The notes: a model not told the origin generated them from the sequence alone. A stretch of DNA of 64,000 nucleotides from Eledone cirrhosa (GCA_964016885.1 OZ024740.1:161882001-161946000), one strand, 5' to 3'. Positions 1 to 20,159 are shown, numbered from the stretch's first letter. Numbers and translations are program-made.

Positions 1-804
1 TGTTTGTGAACCTAAAACTCAAAAACTACTTAACCGATCTTAAACTTGACACATGTGTGAGGCCCATGCCCATTTGATTTCTTACGTACTTTGAAGTTTT
101 AAAAAATCGATAATTTCCAGTCTGCATCGATTTTTTTTTTTTTTTATTTTTTTTTTTTATTATAAATCAATAATGCCCATATGAATGTTATTTTCTGCCA
201 TAACTTTTAAAGTTCTCAACCGATTTCCTTCAAAATTGAAACACAGATCAATTATGTGCTAAGAATGGCTTTAGTCCAAGACATTATCCCAGACAACTCG
301 CGGAAGGCAAAAAGCCGCACAAACCTATTTTCCATTTGGTTTGTTCTTCTGATATGAGCAACCAATTTGCTTTAAACTGTACAGGTGCCTTATTTATGTA
401 TAAATAAGTTGTTAAAAGTTTCCTCAGGGCACTGTAATAATGCGAAAACACAAATGTCGAATGTCGCAAATACTTTTTTCAAACATCATAGATACACCAC
501 TTATGTGCAGTGGATGGTTTTCTCCAGCGATACAAATTAGCTTATTTTAAAGTCTTCACATTTAATTTTAAATTAAAATTGTCCATCATAATTATATTAA
601 ATCTCCCTTAGAGTCTTCACTTATTTCGAAATTAATTCAGGATCATAGACGGTATATGGTAACGATTATTTTCGGGGGCGGTGGAACTGGGGTGGGAAGC
701 AGAGGGAAGCCCCCCCCCCTCCCCCATTCCCAATGATTATATTTTTCTCTCTAAACTAAGAAAACACATCTATTTGTAGATGCGCTACAATTTATGTACA
801 TGTT

Positions 805-1880
805 ATATAGATAGATGGGAGAGATAGATCTAGATATAGAGAGGGGGAAAGTTTGGTGATAATTGATATAGAGAGGGAGGTTGAGCAAGTGTGTTGTATA
901 TTCGATATACAGAGGGGGAGAGATTGATGTTCATTAATATAGAGAGGGGTTTGGAAGAGAGTTCCATATAGTAGATAGAGAGGGGGGAGTCTGGTGTTAA
1001 TTGATATAGAGAGGGGGTTGGAAGAGAGTTCCTTGTAATAGATATAGAGAGGGGGATAGTTTGGTATTAATTGATATATAGAGGGGGATTGGAAGAGAAT
1101 TCCGTGTAGTAGATATAGAGAGGGGGAAAGTTTGGTGTTCATTGATATAGAGAAGGGAATTGGGAGACAGTGTTATATGGTTGGTGTAGTGAGGGGGAGA
1201 GTTTCATGGTAATGAATAGAGTGAGAGGGAATGAGTGTTGTTTGGTAGATGTAGAGAGGGGGATAATTTCGTGGTTGTTGATAGGGGGAGAGTTTGGTGT
1301 TAATTGATATAAAGAGGTGCATTGGAAGAGAGTTCCGTGTAATAGATATAGAGAGAGGTATTGGAAGAGAGTGTATGGTTGGTATAGAGAGAGGGCGGGT
1401 TTGGTGGTAATGAATAGTGAGAGGATTGGTAGAGATAGGTTTTGTTAGATATAAAGGGTGGGGAGCGTTTGGTAGTGAGAGGGAAAGAGTGTTGTATGGT
1501 AGATATAGAGAGGGGGATAATTTGGTGGTAATTGAATTAGAGAGCTGGATTGGGAGGGAGAGTGTCGTGAGGGGATATAGATAGAGAAGGGTAGATTTCA
1601 TTGTAGACATAATGAGGGGATTGGGTGAGATTAACATTGCTAAATATATAGAGGGAGGCCGGATGGATTGTCGTAAAAGATATAGAGGGGGGTAGTTTGT
1701 GATACATAGGGAGAGAACGATTAGAACAGAGTGATAGAGATGGTGATGGGGAGAGTTTGGAGATGATTGATATAACGAGGGAGATTGGGGGAGTGTTTTG
1801 TATGTTAGATATACAGAGGAGGAGAATTTGGTGGTTGTAGATATATAGAGAGGAATAATGGGAAAGTGTCGTGTAGTAGA
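805..1880. repeat. Degenerate purine-rich tandem repeat, unit ~59-60 bp
   Basis: Recurring tagatatagagaggggg..agtttggtg..aattgatatagagaggg..ttggaagag motif at ~60-bp spacing (e.g. 831, 972, 1039, 1110); strong G/A strand bias. Confidence 0.8.
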
Positions 1881-1881
1881 T

Positions 1882-2003
1882 TGCAACATTTTTCGAAATA
1901 TTTACTTCTGCGTTCAAAGATTGATTTTTTTTTAGTTTCAGAAGATCTCGTTAAGGGTGAAAGCAACTATTCTTTGCTTAAACTTTAATCTATTATTTTA
2001 ATA
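1882..2003 (+). repeat. 3' end of repeat family P1 (putative PLE pseudo-LTR tail) with HHR-like motif at 1934-1984
   Basis: Near-identical to 6600-6723 and 28623-28745; ends in [18 protein letters not shown] by (TA)n. Confidence 0.75.
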
Positions 2004-2269
2004 AATATATATATATATATATAAATATAAGTATGTATACGTACATATATATATGTATACAGACGCACAGTAGTATGTATATACATACATACATGCACAC
2101 ATATATATATATGTACGTATGGGTTTACCGAACATTTATTATAATGTTCGGTTTATTTGTAAACAAACAGCCCGAATTAAGCCGTACAGTGTTCGGCAAC
2201 CATCGTTGCCCTTTTGTTCAACACAGACAAAGGGACGATGAACCAGTTTCTAGCTTATTAGCTGTCATA

Positions 2270-3536
<1,267 letters not shown>

Positions 3537-3649
3537 AAGAAATTGGGTATAATGCCAGTTTCTTACCAATTGCGAAGACGCTCGATATATTAACCCCGTA
3601 GGAAAGAGCACAGAGCCTAATTCTTTTCAATATATATATATACAATGGC

Positions 3650-3945
3650 GTTGGAACTGTGGGACATGCACCCCCACCCCACCCCAATAATTATGTTCTC
3701 CCTAAACTATTTGGATATGCGCTACAATTTATGTACATGTTATGTTTATCGCATATCGAAGTTTTCTGACCATTTTAGAGTGCAAAGAGCTAAACACGGG
3801 ATTAATGATTGCAGAGAAAACTTCTTAACTATTTGACCATGCCGCTTTAACTCTATCAAGGTACTGTGTAGAGAATAACTTATAATGAAGAGAGAAACAT
3901 TTTTCGGGGACGTGCGAACGATACGAAGTTGCACCTACGAGTATA
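3650..3945 (+). repeat. Interspersed repeat fragment also present at ~680-803
   Basis: Shared ggaactg...ccccc...ccaat.att...ctaaacta...atgcgctacaatttatgtacatgttat; small terminal hairpin gtgcgaac/gttgcac at ~3912-3934. Confidence 0.55.
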
Positions 3946-4014
3946 TTTTAGCTTTAGTGGTTTATTCAATTTATTTATGAATTTATTTATTGTCATTATT
4001 CATTTCACGAGGCT

Positions 4015-4170
4015 TCGGTGTACTCAGCTGAAAATGAGTATCAGAAATAGCTGGGGGTTTAACCCTGCGATGGACTGACGTCCTTTCCATGGGGGTAGTC
4101 TTGTACTCTCAGTCGCTTCATGCCTTGAAACCGGAATAAGCACCGGCTTAAATGGCTTAAGACAGATTAT
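4015..4170 (+). mobile_element. SINE 3' portion (same family as 25515-25770)
   Basis: gctgggggtttaaccctgc.atggactg..gtcct.tcca..gggg...tcttgtactctcagtc.cttcatgcc shared with 25633-25710. Confidence 0.65.
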
Positions 4171-4223
4171 AGACTTTTTAGATTAGACATTATTGAAAGG
4201 GCAGGAACACTGGATTTTGTGAA

Positions 4224-4522
4224 GATGCATGGTTTAATGATTAGATTGTTCGGCTAACGATCGTAAAGTCATGAGTTCGATTCCAAGCGGTGCATTCTGT
4301 CCTTGAGCAAGACACTTCATTTCACATTGTTCCAGTGCACCCATCAGGCAAAATTGAGTTGTACATATGATTCTAACTGTGCCTCGCAGAATATTCCCAA
4401 GAACTACGCTAAGGGAACACGTGTATGTGGAATGCTCAGCCACTTGCACACTAATTTCATGGGCTGACTGTTCCGTTTATCGAATCATTTAGAACACTCG
4501 TCATCAGAACCGACGGATATCC
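4224..4522 (+). mobile_element. tRNA-derived SINE
   Basis: A-box-like tggtttaatgattag, B-box gagttcgattcc, core tgtccttgagcaagacactt..tttcac.ttg; related copies at 20440-20695 (-) and 40110-40220 (+). Confidence 0.75.
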
Positions 4523-4921
4523 AACATAACACACTTTAATTTTTATTTAAGGCCATTTGTAAACAGTTGGAGGTCCCTGAAACTGCTCGGTCCCAAGTTC
4601 AAATCTAACGAGGTTGATAAAATAAGCACCAGTAATATATGAGGGTAGATCCCATCTGCTTGTGTGTACCTCCTTCCACCCACTTCAGAAAGTTAGCTAT
4701 TTTCAACGTAGTCAACAGAAATCATTATTATAGCTTCAATTCATTTGTAGAGAAAATGAGTCAACAGTAACAACCCCCGCACAAAACGTTCAACAGAACT
4801 GTGTGCATGTATCTATCTATGTATGTGTGTATATATATATATATATACATGAATGTATGTATATATATATATATATATTATATATATACACACACATATA
4901 TACATACATACATGCACACAC

Positions 4922-4982
<61 letters not shown>

Positions 4983-5646
4983 CTAGAGAGAGCGAGAGGG
5001 AGAGAAAAAAACCCCACAAAAAATAGATGGAAAACTGTGTGTTGTTAATTGAGGCATTAATATTTATAGCTAAGTTCGTTTTCTCCTTCATCCAACAAAC
5101 TAAGAGAGCAGCACAGCAATGAAGAGTGTGGATTTTTGTTATTTTAAATCTTTTGCTTTTTTTGCATACTAATAAAAGTAAATACCCTTTAAAAATAATC
5201 TATATGACACCTGGAGTAGAGAGAGATGCGAATGCGCGTTGAATTCACACTCGGATGAATCCAGATTTTTATGTTAAACTATTCTATGCAGCATTGACCA
5301 GGATTTAATAGATAATTTCCTTGCTCAGGCGTCATCTTGGGTTGAAGCAAAGTGGGACGGGCCCAGTTATCTGGCGCCACAAATGCGAGACAAGACACTG
5401 CGTAAAAAATGTTTATTCATGCATAAGGTATCCCTCCCATCAGCTGGGTGTCCGTCATTGACACACAACCACTAGCAATCAATTCAAACAAACGAATGTC
5501 AAGTCACACAACACAACAGTCTAAATGAGAAAATTCCTCTTCTACAATTCATATAGTTTCGATTATTGAGTGATTCTGATTCGGTCGACCAAAGTTGCCA
5601 GATCAATTTCAGAAAGTAGGCAAAAACGAAAATGTTGATAGTATAT

Positions 5647-5810
<164 letters not shown>

Positions 5811-5933
5811 TGTGGTTGACAGAGTGACGATCAGAGACAATGTTTTTCATATATATAGGTAAGTTATTCCGGGTTGAATCGGAGGTAACCACAGTAAGTA
5901 ATGTACTCAATACATAGCAGAGTATGAAAGTTT

Positions 5934-6043
5934 TAATATAGATGAGATTCTACAGGACTAGAACTGTTTCATTCTTTAGAAATCATCCTGGTGATTTCTA
6001 GAGAATGAAACAGTTCTAGTCCTGTAGAACCTCATCTATATTA
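5934..6043. repeat. ~110-bp near-perfect fold-back made of two inverted HHR-family fragments
   Basis: gatgagattctacaggactagaactgtttcattct / agaatgaaacagttctagtcctgtagaacctcatc; same family as 20847-20897. Confidence 0.85.
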
Positions 6044-6237
6044 TATATATATATATAGAGAGAGAGAGATAGATAGATAGGAAGAAAACATTTAACTGTG
6101 AGCTCCTACGGTTTCTGCTTGTGATTTCACTTACACACTTGTCTTCCTAACCAACTCTCAATCTCTTTATGCATCGAGTACTACTTTAATGATTGGTCTT
6201 TCGGGCTTAGCACCATAGAAACACCATATATATATAT

Positions 6238-6723
6238 ATTATCTTCGTTTTTCCGTTCATTGCCAGAGAACGTCTCTATGAACCGCCTAATAGAATACTA
6301 GTCTACGACCTATTTTATACCATAAACGTGGTTTTGTCTTTGCGTGTAATTGTTTTTCACCGCTCCACATACGACGTATTATCTTCGTTTTTTCCGTTCA
6401 TTGCCAGAGAACGTCTCTATGACCCATCTAAGAGAACATTAGTCTACGACCTCTTTTATACCATAAACGTGGTTTTGTCTTTGCGTGTAATTGTTTTTCA
6501 CCGCTCCAGATAATGACGTATTACATTCGTTTTTTCCCGTTCTTTGCCAGGGAAGGTTTCCACGAACCAAAGTATCGCCGACTTCCTGTCTTCCTCCGGT
6601 TGCAACGTTTTTTGAAATATTCACTTCAGCATTCACAGATTGACTTTGTTAGTTTCAGAAGATCCCGTTAAGGGAGAAAGCAGCGATTCTTTGGTTAAAC
6701 TTTAATCTGTTATTTTAATAAAT
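6238..6723 (+). repeat. Repeat family P1: ~140-bp tandem units plus tail with HHR-like motif (6651-6701)
   Basis: Units start at 6238, 6378 and ~6520; whole block matches 28325-28745; flanked by (TA)n and (TATG)n. Confidence 0.8.
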
Positions 6724-6725
6724 AA

Positions 6726-6760
<35 letters not shown>

Positions 6761-6789
6761 TGTATGTATGTATGTATGTATGTATGTCA

Positions 6790-7393
6790 GGTCACCAGTT
6801 GGTGCTACTGGTAACATGTATCCCAGTACAACCTGTCTCATGGTCGGGTCGTTGGCGACTAAACTGGCAACCCCACCAAGGTTTCTTGGTGAGGAGGGTG
6901 ACTTTGGACATCCTGCAGGACTAAAAACAAAACCTGTCAAAGGGCAAGGGAGCTCTTAAGACTCAATAGCCATCCAAAATCACCGGGAGAGATGACCCCT
7001 TAGCCTTTGTCAAGGCAGAATTCTAGGAGAAGGAAAACTCTGATATAACACCTGCAACCCTGATGGTATCCAATGATGTTGACTTGTTCTTCTTTTTGGT
7101 AAATATCATCTTGGTTAAGAGAGTGGGACTGGCTTTGTGCAGTGCCTTTGCTCACTATAAAAGCTTCACAGCACAGGCATTGCTTTATATCTGGAGATCT
7201 CTCTGCACTTGTAATCACATGGTACCATGGGCCCAGCACTATGTGTCAATAATGGTCACAAGTGTAGTCTTTGTACCAAAGTTTTCAAGTCGCTGGCTGG
7301 ACTAAAAAGTCACATTCGTTCAGCGCATCGGTAGGGGTTCTCCTACATGGATATAAAGTAGTGGCCGTACTCGAAAACGAGTTGGCAGCCACC
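6790..7393 (+). mobile_element. Short RTE-derived element (RTE-like 5' region joined to a C-terminal C2H2 finger and 3' UTR)
   Basis: ggagaaggaaaactctg 5'-type motif; ~7263-7333 translates [23 protein letters not shown]; flanked by (ATGT)n. Confidence 0.55.
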
Positions 7394-12530
<5,137 letters not shown>

Positions 12531-12535
<5 letters not shown>

Positions 12536-13040
12536 AGAGAATTAATACATCTACCAACATATGCGTACAGATGTTCACTAATGCTAGTAAATATATAAGT
12601 TATGTCAAATTACCTAGGTGGTTCAATGCAGGGGGATGCAGAACAATTATATGAAAGACGTAAAATAAGAAAATTTTAAAAATTAAAAATTAACTTACTA
12701 AAATTTTCACTCCAACTAATTAGTTTCTGTAATGGGATAAATATAGTTACACAATGTAACTATCGAGAATTCATTATGTTATCAGGGAGTCCAGGGAGTC
12801 TATTCTCGATAGCTACATTGTGTAACTATATTTATCCTATTACAGAAACAAATTAGTTGGAGTGAAAATTTTAGTAAGTTAATTTTTAATTTTTAAAATT
12901 TTCTTATTTTACGTCTTTCATATAATTGTTCTGCATCCCCCTGCATTGAACCACCTAGGTAATTTGAGATAACTTATATATTTACTAGTATTAGTGTACA
13001 TCTGTACGCATATGTTGGTAGATGTATTAATTCTCTATAT
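12531..13040. repeat. Inverted repeat, arms ~237 bp (12531-12767 / 12802-13040), putative PLE pseudo-LTR fold-back
   Basis: atagagaattaatacatctaccaacatatgcgtacag... is the reverse complement of ...ctgtacgcatatgttggtagatgtattaattctctatat; third direct copy at 13306-13452. Confidence 0.9.
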
Positions 13041-13311
13041 TTATCTCCAAATTATTTGTTGAGCAAACTTGCCAAATCTACTGCTAATTCATAGTAGTAA
13101 TAGTGGGCTCTTGTCATAATACCACCCCACTCCTACTGACTAACCTCAGTGTCACGTGATTGATTCTATAGAATACACCACTGACCAGAGGCAGTGAACT
13201 TTTTCACTGCTATGGAATTTAGTCCCCGCTAGCTTATTACATCCACAGAATTATTATTTTTATACGGGTTCCTAGTGTCCGCGCATTGCCTGGGAACTTA
13301 GCTGAGAATAG

Positions 13312-13393
13312 ACTCCCTGATGACATAATGAATTCTCGATAGTTACATTGTGTAACTATATTTATCCCATTACAGAAACTAATTAGTTGGAGT
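13312..13393 (+). ncRNA. Type I hammerhead-like motif with long stem II
   Basis: actcc CTGATGA [cataatg...atagttacattgtgtaactat...cattaca] GAAA ctaattag TT ggagt; base of stem II is mismatched; copy with CTGATAA at 12709-12790 (-). Confidence 0.6.
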
Positions 13394-13449
13394 GAAAATT
13401 TTAGTAAGTTAATTTTTAATTTTTAAAATTTTCTTATTTTACGTCTTTC

Positions 13450-13868
<419 letters not shown>

Positions 13869-14275
13869 TGTGGCACGCCGCCCAGGCCTTGCTCTTCCTC
13901 TCAACCACATCATCTTCCGTATTCCCAATCTTTGCTCCCAAATACAAGAAGTCCTCAACCAATTCCAGTGGCTTCCCGCCTACATTAGTGATCCCCTCTG
14001 GCTTCTCAACATTCTCTACCAGCTCAAAAGTGACACAGAGGAGACTGAGGTTAGCTGGACATGCTCACCGACATCCACAGTTGACATTGCACTCAGTACT
14101 CCTTTGAAAGCCTCTACATGGACACACTAGAAGAGGAAGACCAAGGTTAACGTATGTTGATGCCCTAAGGTCAGACACTGGTCTGTTGGAGACGCAGGAC
14201 ATGGCAGCGATAATGAGGGACAGAGACCGCTGGAGAGAACTCGTCCATGGATCTCGGGAATTTTACCCGCCTCAG
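13869..14275 (+). mobile_element. 5'-truncated, 5'-inverted RTE-like LINE 3' end
   Basis: Minus strand [29 protein letters not shown] (post-RT YLG motif); plus strand [14 protein letters not shown]...RRGRPRLTYVDALRSDTGL...MRDRDRWRELV. Confidence 0.85.
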
Positions 14276-14329
14276 ATAGATAGATATGTATATGTATATG
14301 TATATATGTATATATATATATATATCTCT

Positions 14330-14658
14330 AAGGCGAGATCCATGGACGAGTTCTCTTGAGCGGTCTCTGTCCCTCATTATCGCTGCCATGTCCTGCGTCT
14401 CCAACAGACCAGTGTCTGACCTTAGGGCATCAACATACGTTAACCTTGGTCTTCCACTTCTAGTGTGTCCATGTAGGGGCTTTCAAAGAAGTACTGAGTG
14501 CAATGTCAACTCTGGATGTCGGTGAGCATGTCCAGCTAACCTCAGTCTCCTCTGTGTCACTTTTGAGCTGGTAGAGAATGTTGAGAAGCCAGAGGGGATC
14601 ACTAATGTAGGCGGGAAGCCACTGGAATTGGTTGAGGACTTCTTGTATTTGGGAGCAA
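14330..14658 (-). mobile_element. Inverted duplicate of 13932-14275 LINE fragment
   Basis: Near-identical reverse complement, including the internal inversion junction. Confidence 0.9.
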
Positions 14659-14788
14659 TCCACCTTCCCATGGGAGTCTTTTTTGCCATTGAAGTTATGG
14701 TGGGGGGGTCTACCTCTTATAGGTCTACTAGGGCAGAAACATCTAAGGTCATGGCTGTCTAGGTAGTCAGTGTCGCATTGAGAGTGAG

Positions 14789-16381
14789 GTGGAGTTCTGC
14801 GACGTCGACACAGACGAACTGGGCCTCCTACTAAGACTTACCTACGACACTGACTACCTAGACAGCCATGACCTTAGATGTTTCTGCCCTAGTAGACCTA
14901 TAAGAGGTAGACCCCCCACCATAACCTCAATGGCAAAAAAGACTCCCATGGGAAGGTGGATTGGGTGGACCAAAGCTATACGGACCCCCCAAAACAATGA
15001 TCAGGTTAGAAAAATGGTCGCACATGCAATAGAAGCTAGTATCAAAACTACCCTAAACGGCCACATATTTAAGTTCAATGAGAAAATCTACACCCAAAAT
15101 GAGGGAGCAGCCATCGGCGTCAGCATAGCTGGTGATGTTGCCAACCTTTTCATGGTATGGTGGGAAAGGAGACTTAAAGATCTCCTTAATGAAAGCTCCA
15201 TAGACCTCATCATGTACTCTCGTTATGTAGACGATATCAATATAGTTATAAGAACACCCCCACTAGAGAGCACTAACAAGTTTGATTTAGAACGTAGCAC
15301 GATGGAAAGCATCCAGCAGATAGCTAATTCCATACACCAGAGTATAACTAACTATCGACTTCCCTTCCAAACACCCTAACAATAGACTACCTGTATTAGA
15401 CACAGAACTCTGGATTAACACTATAGACGAGAGAGCCCAAATTCTCCACTCACACTATGCTAAATCCATGGCCTCCAAATACCTGATACTCAAAAACTCA
15501 GCAATGTCAAGTAGTGCTAAGTTTAATATTCTGATCGCAGATTTGGTACGAGTGATGAAGAATGTGTCCCGCATGTGCTACCCAACAGAAATGGAAAGAC
15601 ACATCCAACACTTCATCAACCGCATGCAGTTCTCTGGCTACAACCAAAGAGACAAAGTCAGAGTATACGAAGGAGCGATGGAAAAGTATAAGACCCTCAT
15701 AGAACTGAACATGAAAGGAATTTGCCCATTATACAGGAGCAAATCATGGAATAGCTTAGATAGGGCTAGACATAAGATAGGGAAAGCCACATCATGGTAC
15801 GACAACCAGAGATACCAGAGTGTCATGTTTGTGGACGCTACCCCTGGAGGGAAATTAGCTAACCAGTGTAGAAAGGCCCTGAGAAAGACCCACTTAAAAA
15901 TAAAGGCGGTAGAAAAGCCAGGAACCACCATAAAATCCATGATCAGCAAAACCTAACCTTTTAAGAAAATCCACTGTACCAATAGGAAATGTATCATATG
16001 TAAGGTGAACCCCCGGATAAACTCTAAAACTAGAAACGTAGTCTATAGCATAAGATGTACAGAGGGTACTTACAGAAACATGACAACAACATACATAGGT
16101 GAGACAGCTCGTAGCATAGGTGAAAGGATAGACCAACACTGGGGGGGGGGACTAAAAGGACGAAAAACGGGTCAGTACTATACGAACATGCTAGACAACA
16201 ACATGACGGTAACATAGACAACATAGAAATTAGAATAATATCTAAACATAGAAATGACCCAGCAGATAGGCAAATCAGAGAGGCCAGTGAAATAGAAATT
16301 AGAAGACCAAAGCTAAACAGAAAGAATGAATGGAATAACAACAACACCCAAACAAACAACACTGACCTAAGAGAAGTATAA
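14789..16381 (+). pseudogene. Penelope-like element ORF (RT plus C-terminal GIY-YIG endonuclease), 5'-truncated and disrupted
   Basis: RT: FKFNEKIYTQNEGAAIG..AGDVANLFM, YSRYVDDI, RLPVLDTELW, thumb HYAKSMASKYLI; linker CTNRKCIIC; nuclease NVVYSIRC...YIGETARSIGERIDQH...EASEI...LNRKNEW. Frameshifts at ~15348 and ~16145, stop at 15954. Confidence 0.9.
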
Positions 16382-16612
16382 ATAAGTAAATAAAATAAGA
16401 TAAATAAATACATACACAAGCACAATAACAACAAGCACATAAACACACACTAGTCACCCATCACACAGCAAACATAACACTATACACACACGCAAACGCA
16501 TGCGCAAAGAAGACAAAATAAAATAAACAAACAAGCAAATAAATAAATAAATATATAGACAGACTGAATAAAAAAATGGCGTAGACATACAACACAACAG
16601 GAGGAAAATATA

Positions 16613-16679
16613 ACACCACTGATGATGTTGTAGATGTGCAACGAAAGATTTATGATAAACTATATATATGTGTTGGTGT
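16613..16679 (+). ncRNA. Degenerate type I hammerhead in the PLE 3' region
   Basis: acacca CTGATGA t gttgta-gatg-tgcaac GAAA ... tggtgt; stem III and cleavage region are interrupted by TA repeats. Confidence 0.5.
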
Positions 16680-16856
16680 CTATATTGTATCTGTATTATT
16701 TTTGACCGTCGGTCAGTCAATGGCAACATTGAGGACCGAGTAAGTTAGATTACCGATATAAAAGACAGCAAGAAGCGAAAACCAACCAAACAGTGAGTGT
16801 GTTCTGTTATTAATTCTGGCAATATTACACAAATATGACCCTCCCCAAGTATAACA

Positions 16857-17642
<786 letters not shown>

Positions 17643-17701
17643 AGCGTATATATATAGTGACGAAACATATGTCAATTGCATGAACTCATAATCCTTTATT
17701 T

Positions 17702-17757
17702 ACTGCTATATATATTTCGATGATACCCATTGAATGGCTATGACCTCATCAGGCAGT
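17702..17757 (-). ncRNA. Type I minimal hammerhead ribozyme motif
   Basis: Reverse complement: actgc CTGATGA ggtcatagccattcaatgggtatcatc GAAA tatata TA gcagt. Confidence 0.75.
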
Positions 17758-18102
17758 TAGTCAGTTCTTAGACATGCCAGCTCTGTGTGTATAGTGTTGA
17801 TGGTATCAGAGCCTTGGGACATATGTGTGTATATATATATATGTATGTATATATATATATATATATAGTTAAAAGAATAGAGGTGTAACACACAAGTTAT
17901 TATATATTGGTAAACGGAATAGAAAATGCTGACAAATTGTTTACAGTTGAAAAATGGTTTAATTAGGAATAAAAGAGTATTAGTGATTGTGTGGGTTAGT
18001 ATTCAGTTGTGGTTTTAAGTTTTTAAGTTTTTACCGGTTGCGCATTTCTAAATGCTTTTCAAAAATAATTTTGAGATAGAGTGTCCGTGCTGTTTGCTCT
18101 GA

Positions 18103-18239
<137 letters not shown>

Positions 18240-18371
18240 GACATAATTGGACATCATAATCTTTTTGAAATGTTCTTTGCTAGATGTGATTTGATAGATA
18301 ATTTTTGGCTTTGTCTTGTAATGAACTTGGCAATATATTGTCAATTAACTTTGAAGGGTTGTTCTTTGTGG

Positions 18372-18495
18372 TTTATTTTTATTTTTATTTTTATTTTTAT
18401 TTTTATTTTTATTTTTATTTTTATTTTTATTTTTATTTTTATTTTTATTTTTATTTTTATTTTTATTTTTATTTTTATTTTTATTTTTATTTTTT
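18372..18495. repeat. (TTTTTA)n microsatellite
   Basis: Direct reading. Confidence 0.97.
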
Positions 18496-19536
18496 AGTAT
18501 TGTAGTATTCCATAATATTATTTTTATTTTTATTTTATTTTTATTTTTAATATCTTTAATATGTAAAATTTTTAATACGTAGTATTTTTAATATGTAATA
18601 TTTTTATTATGTGATATTATTTCGTAATATTTTTTTTTTTTTTTTAGTTTTCTATTCTATATTTTTACTTATTATTATTATTATTGTTATCTTTTTATTT
18701 TTAGTTTTATAATATAATATATAATTTTATTAGTATATTGAAATCTGCTCTCTATTTCTGCTTGATAGATAATCTTGTAGAGTAATTGACAGGAATAATA
18801 ATACGCTCAAATATTTATACCACATTGAGAATGTTTTCCGGTAACCTAGAGTTTGCAGAGTGAATCAATTGGATTCGCATGGATGTTTGTAGCTGTCACA
18901 TAAACATATGAATTTTTTAAAACTAAACATAAGATAATTAATTTTCACACATTATGGATACTTGTTTCATTCAGGAATACTGATATTTACAATATAGTGT
19001 AAGCTTTATAAATACTAATACATTAAAACATAGGGTTTTTACGCCTCGAATATGTTTGGCTATTTTTAAATTTTTTTCTCTCGCTATTTTTTCCTCTCTC
19101 TATATTTTTCTCTCTCTCTGTATATCTCCATTACATTAATACTTGAGCTAAATAAATAAATAAATAAATAAATGTATCATTGATACACCTACTCAAAATG
19201 ACCTCCCACTACCTAATTTTCTAATTTTCTATATATATATGTATCTATCTCTATTTCCTCTCTCTCTCTATATATATATATCTTTCTGTTTCTTTACATG
19301 AAGCTCTTCGCTTTATCTATATTTCCATCTCTCTATTTTGTTCCATGCATTTCTTCTTTTTCTTTTTCTTCTTTTTCTTCCTTTTCTTCGTTTTGTCTTT
19401 CTTTCTTTTTTTTTTTTCTTTCTTTTTTCTCTCTTTCTTTCTCTCTGTATAAAATTTTCACTGCTAGCGTAAACCTCTTCAAATGAAGTCGGTGTTTATT
19501 ACGGTATGTCGAATATATTTATCTATAAAACTGTTT

Positions 19537-19613
19537 ATATTGTATTTTGTCTGATGAAGGCATAGCATATTGTTAATATGACATCCCCGAAATATATATA
19601 ATGAAATAAATAT
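19537..19613 (+). ncRNA. Type I minimal hammerhead ribozyme motif
   Basis: atattgtattttgt CTGATGA agg..catatt-gtt-aatatg..cc GAAA tatata TA atgaaataaatat (stem I with G-U pairs). Confidence 0.65.
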
Positions 19614-19646
19614 GGTTTTATAAATATAGTTTTCCATTTATTTAAT

Positions 19647-19791
<145 letters not shown>

Positions 19792-19822
19792 GTATATATA
19801 TATATATATATATATACATATA

Positions 19823-19898
<76 letters not shown>

Positions 19899-20060
19899 GG
19901 AGGTGAGTTTTATTGTAGTACAATAAAGCAATGCAGATATCGGATAAGAAGCACTCTACAGTTTGTAGGACTGGAGTATACATAATATAAGATCAAAAGA
20001 TGTTGATTTAAAACTGCACTATCCACAAGTGTTTTTTAGCCTTCATATCATGTTCTCCTG

Positions 20061-20127
20061 TTTTATCTGATGAAAACACAAATATTATTGCATGATGATG
20101 TTTGTTTTTGAAATGCGCATAATAAAA
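20061..20127 (+). ncRNA. Type I minimal hammerhead ribozyme motif
   Basis: ttttat CTGATGA aaacacaaatattatt-gcat-gatgatgtttgttttt GAAA tgcgca TA ataaaa. Confidence 0.8.
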
Positions 20128-20159
20128 TACATGGAACTCCTTTAACCATCTTTTGATCT

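Larger units (their letters stand above)
14656..16850 (+). mobile_element. Penelope-like retroelement copy with 5' inverted segment and 3' pseudo-LTR
   Basis: 14656-14776 is the reverse complement of 14845-14963; ORF as above; AC-rich 3' UTR with HHR-like motif; ends in (TA)n. Confidence 0.8.

Noticed and set aside
1-680. Possible non-autonomous Helitron/Helentron body
   Set aside because: Only loose motif resemblance (aaaactacttaaccgat..aaacttgacaca, repeated near 215-245); termini are not visible
792-1917. Minus-strand ORFs of 116-238 aa
   Set aside because: Translations of the purine-rich minisatellite; no domain motifs
6238-6540. Regularly spaced repeats as a possible CRISPR array
   Set aside because: Whole ~140-bp units repeat with no unique spacers; eukaryotic context
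6439-6636. Recurring MNAEVNISKNVAT peptide (also at 1917 and 28659)
   Set aside because: Non-ATG start; recurrence reflects the P1 DNA repeat, not coding conservation
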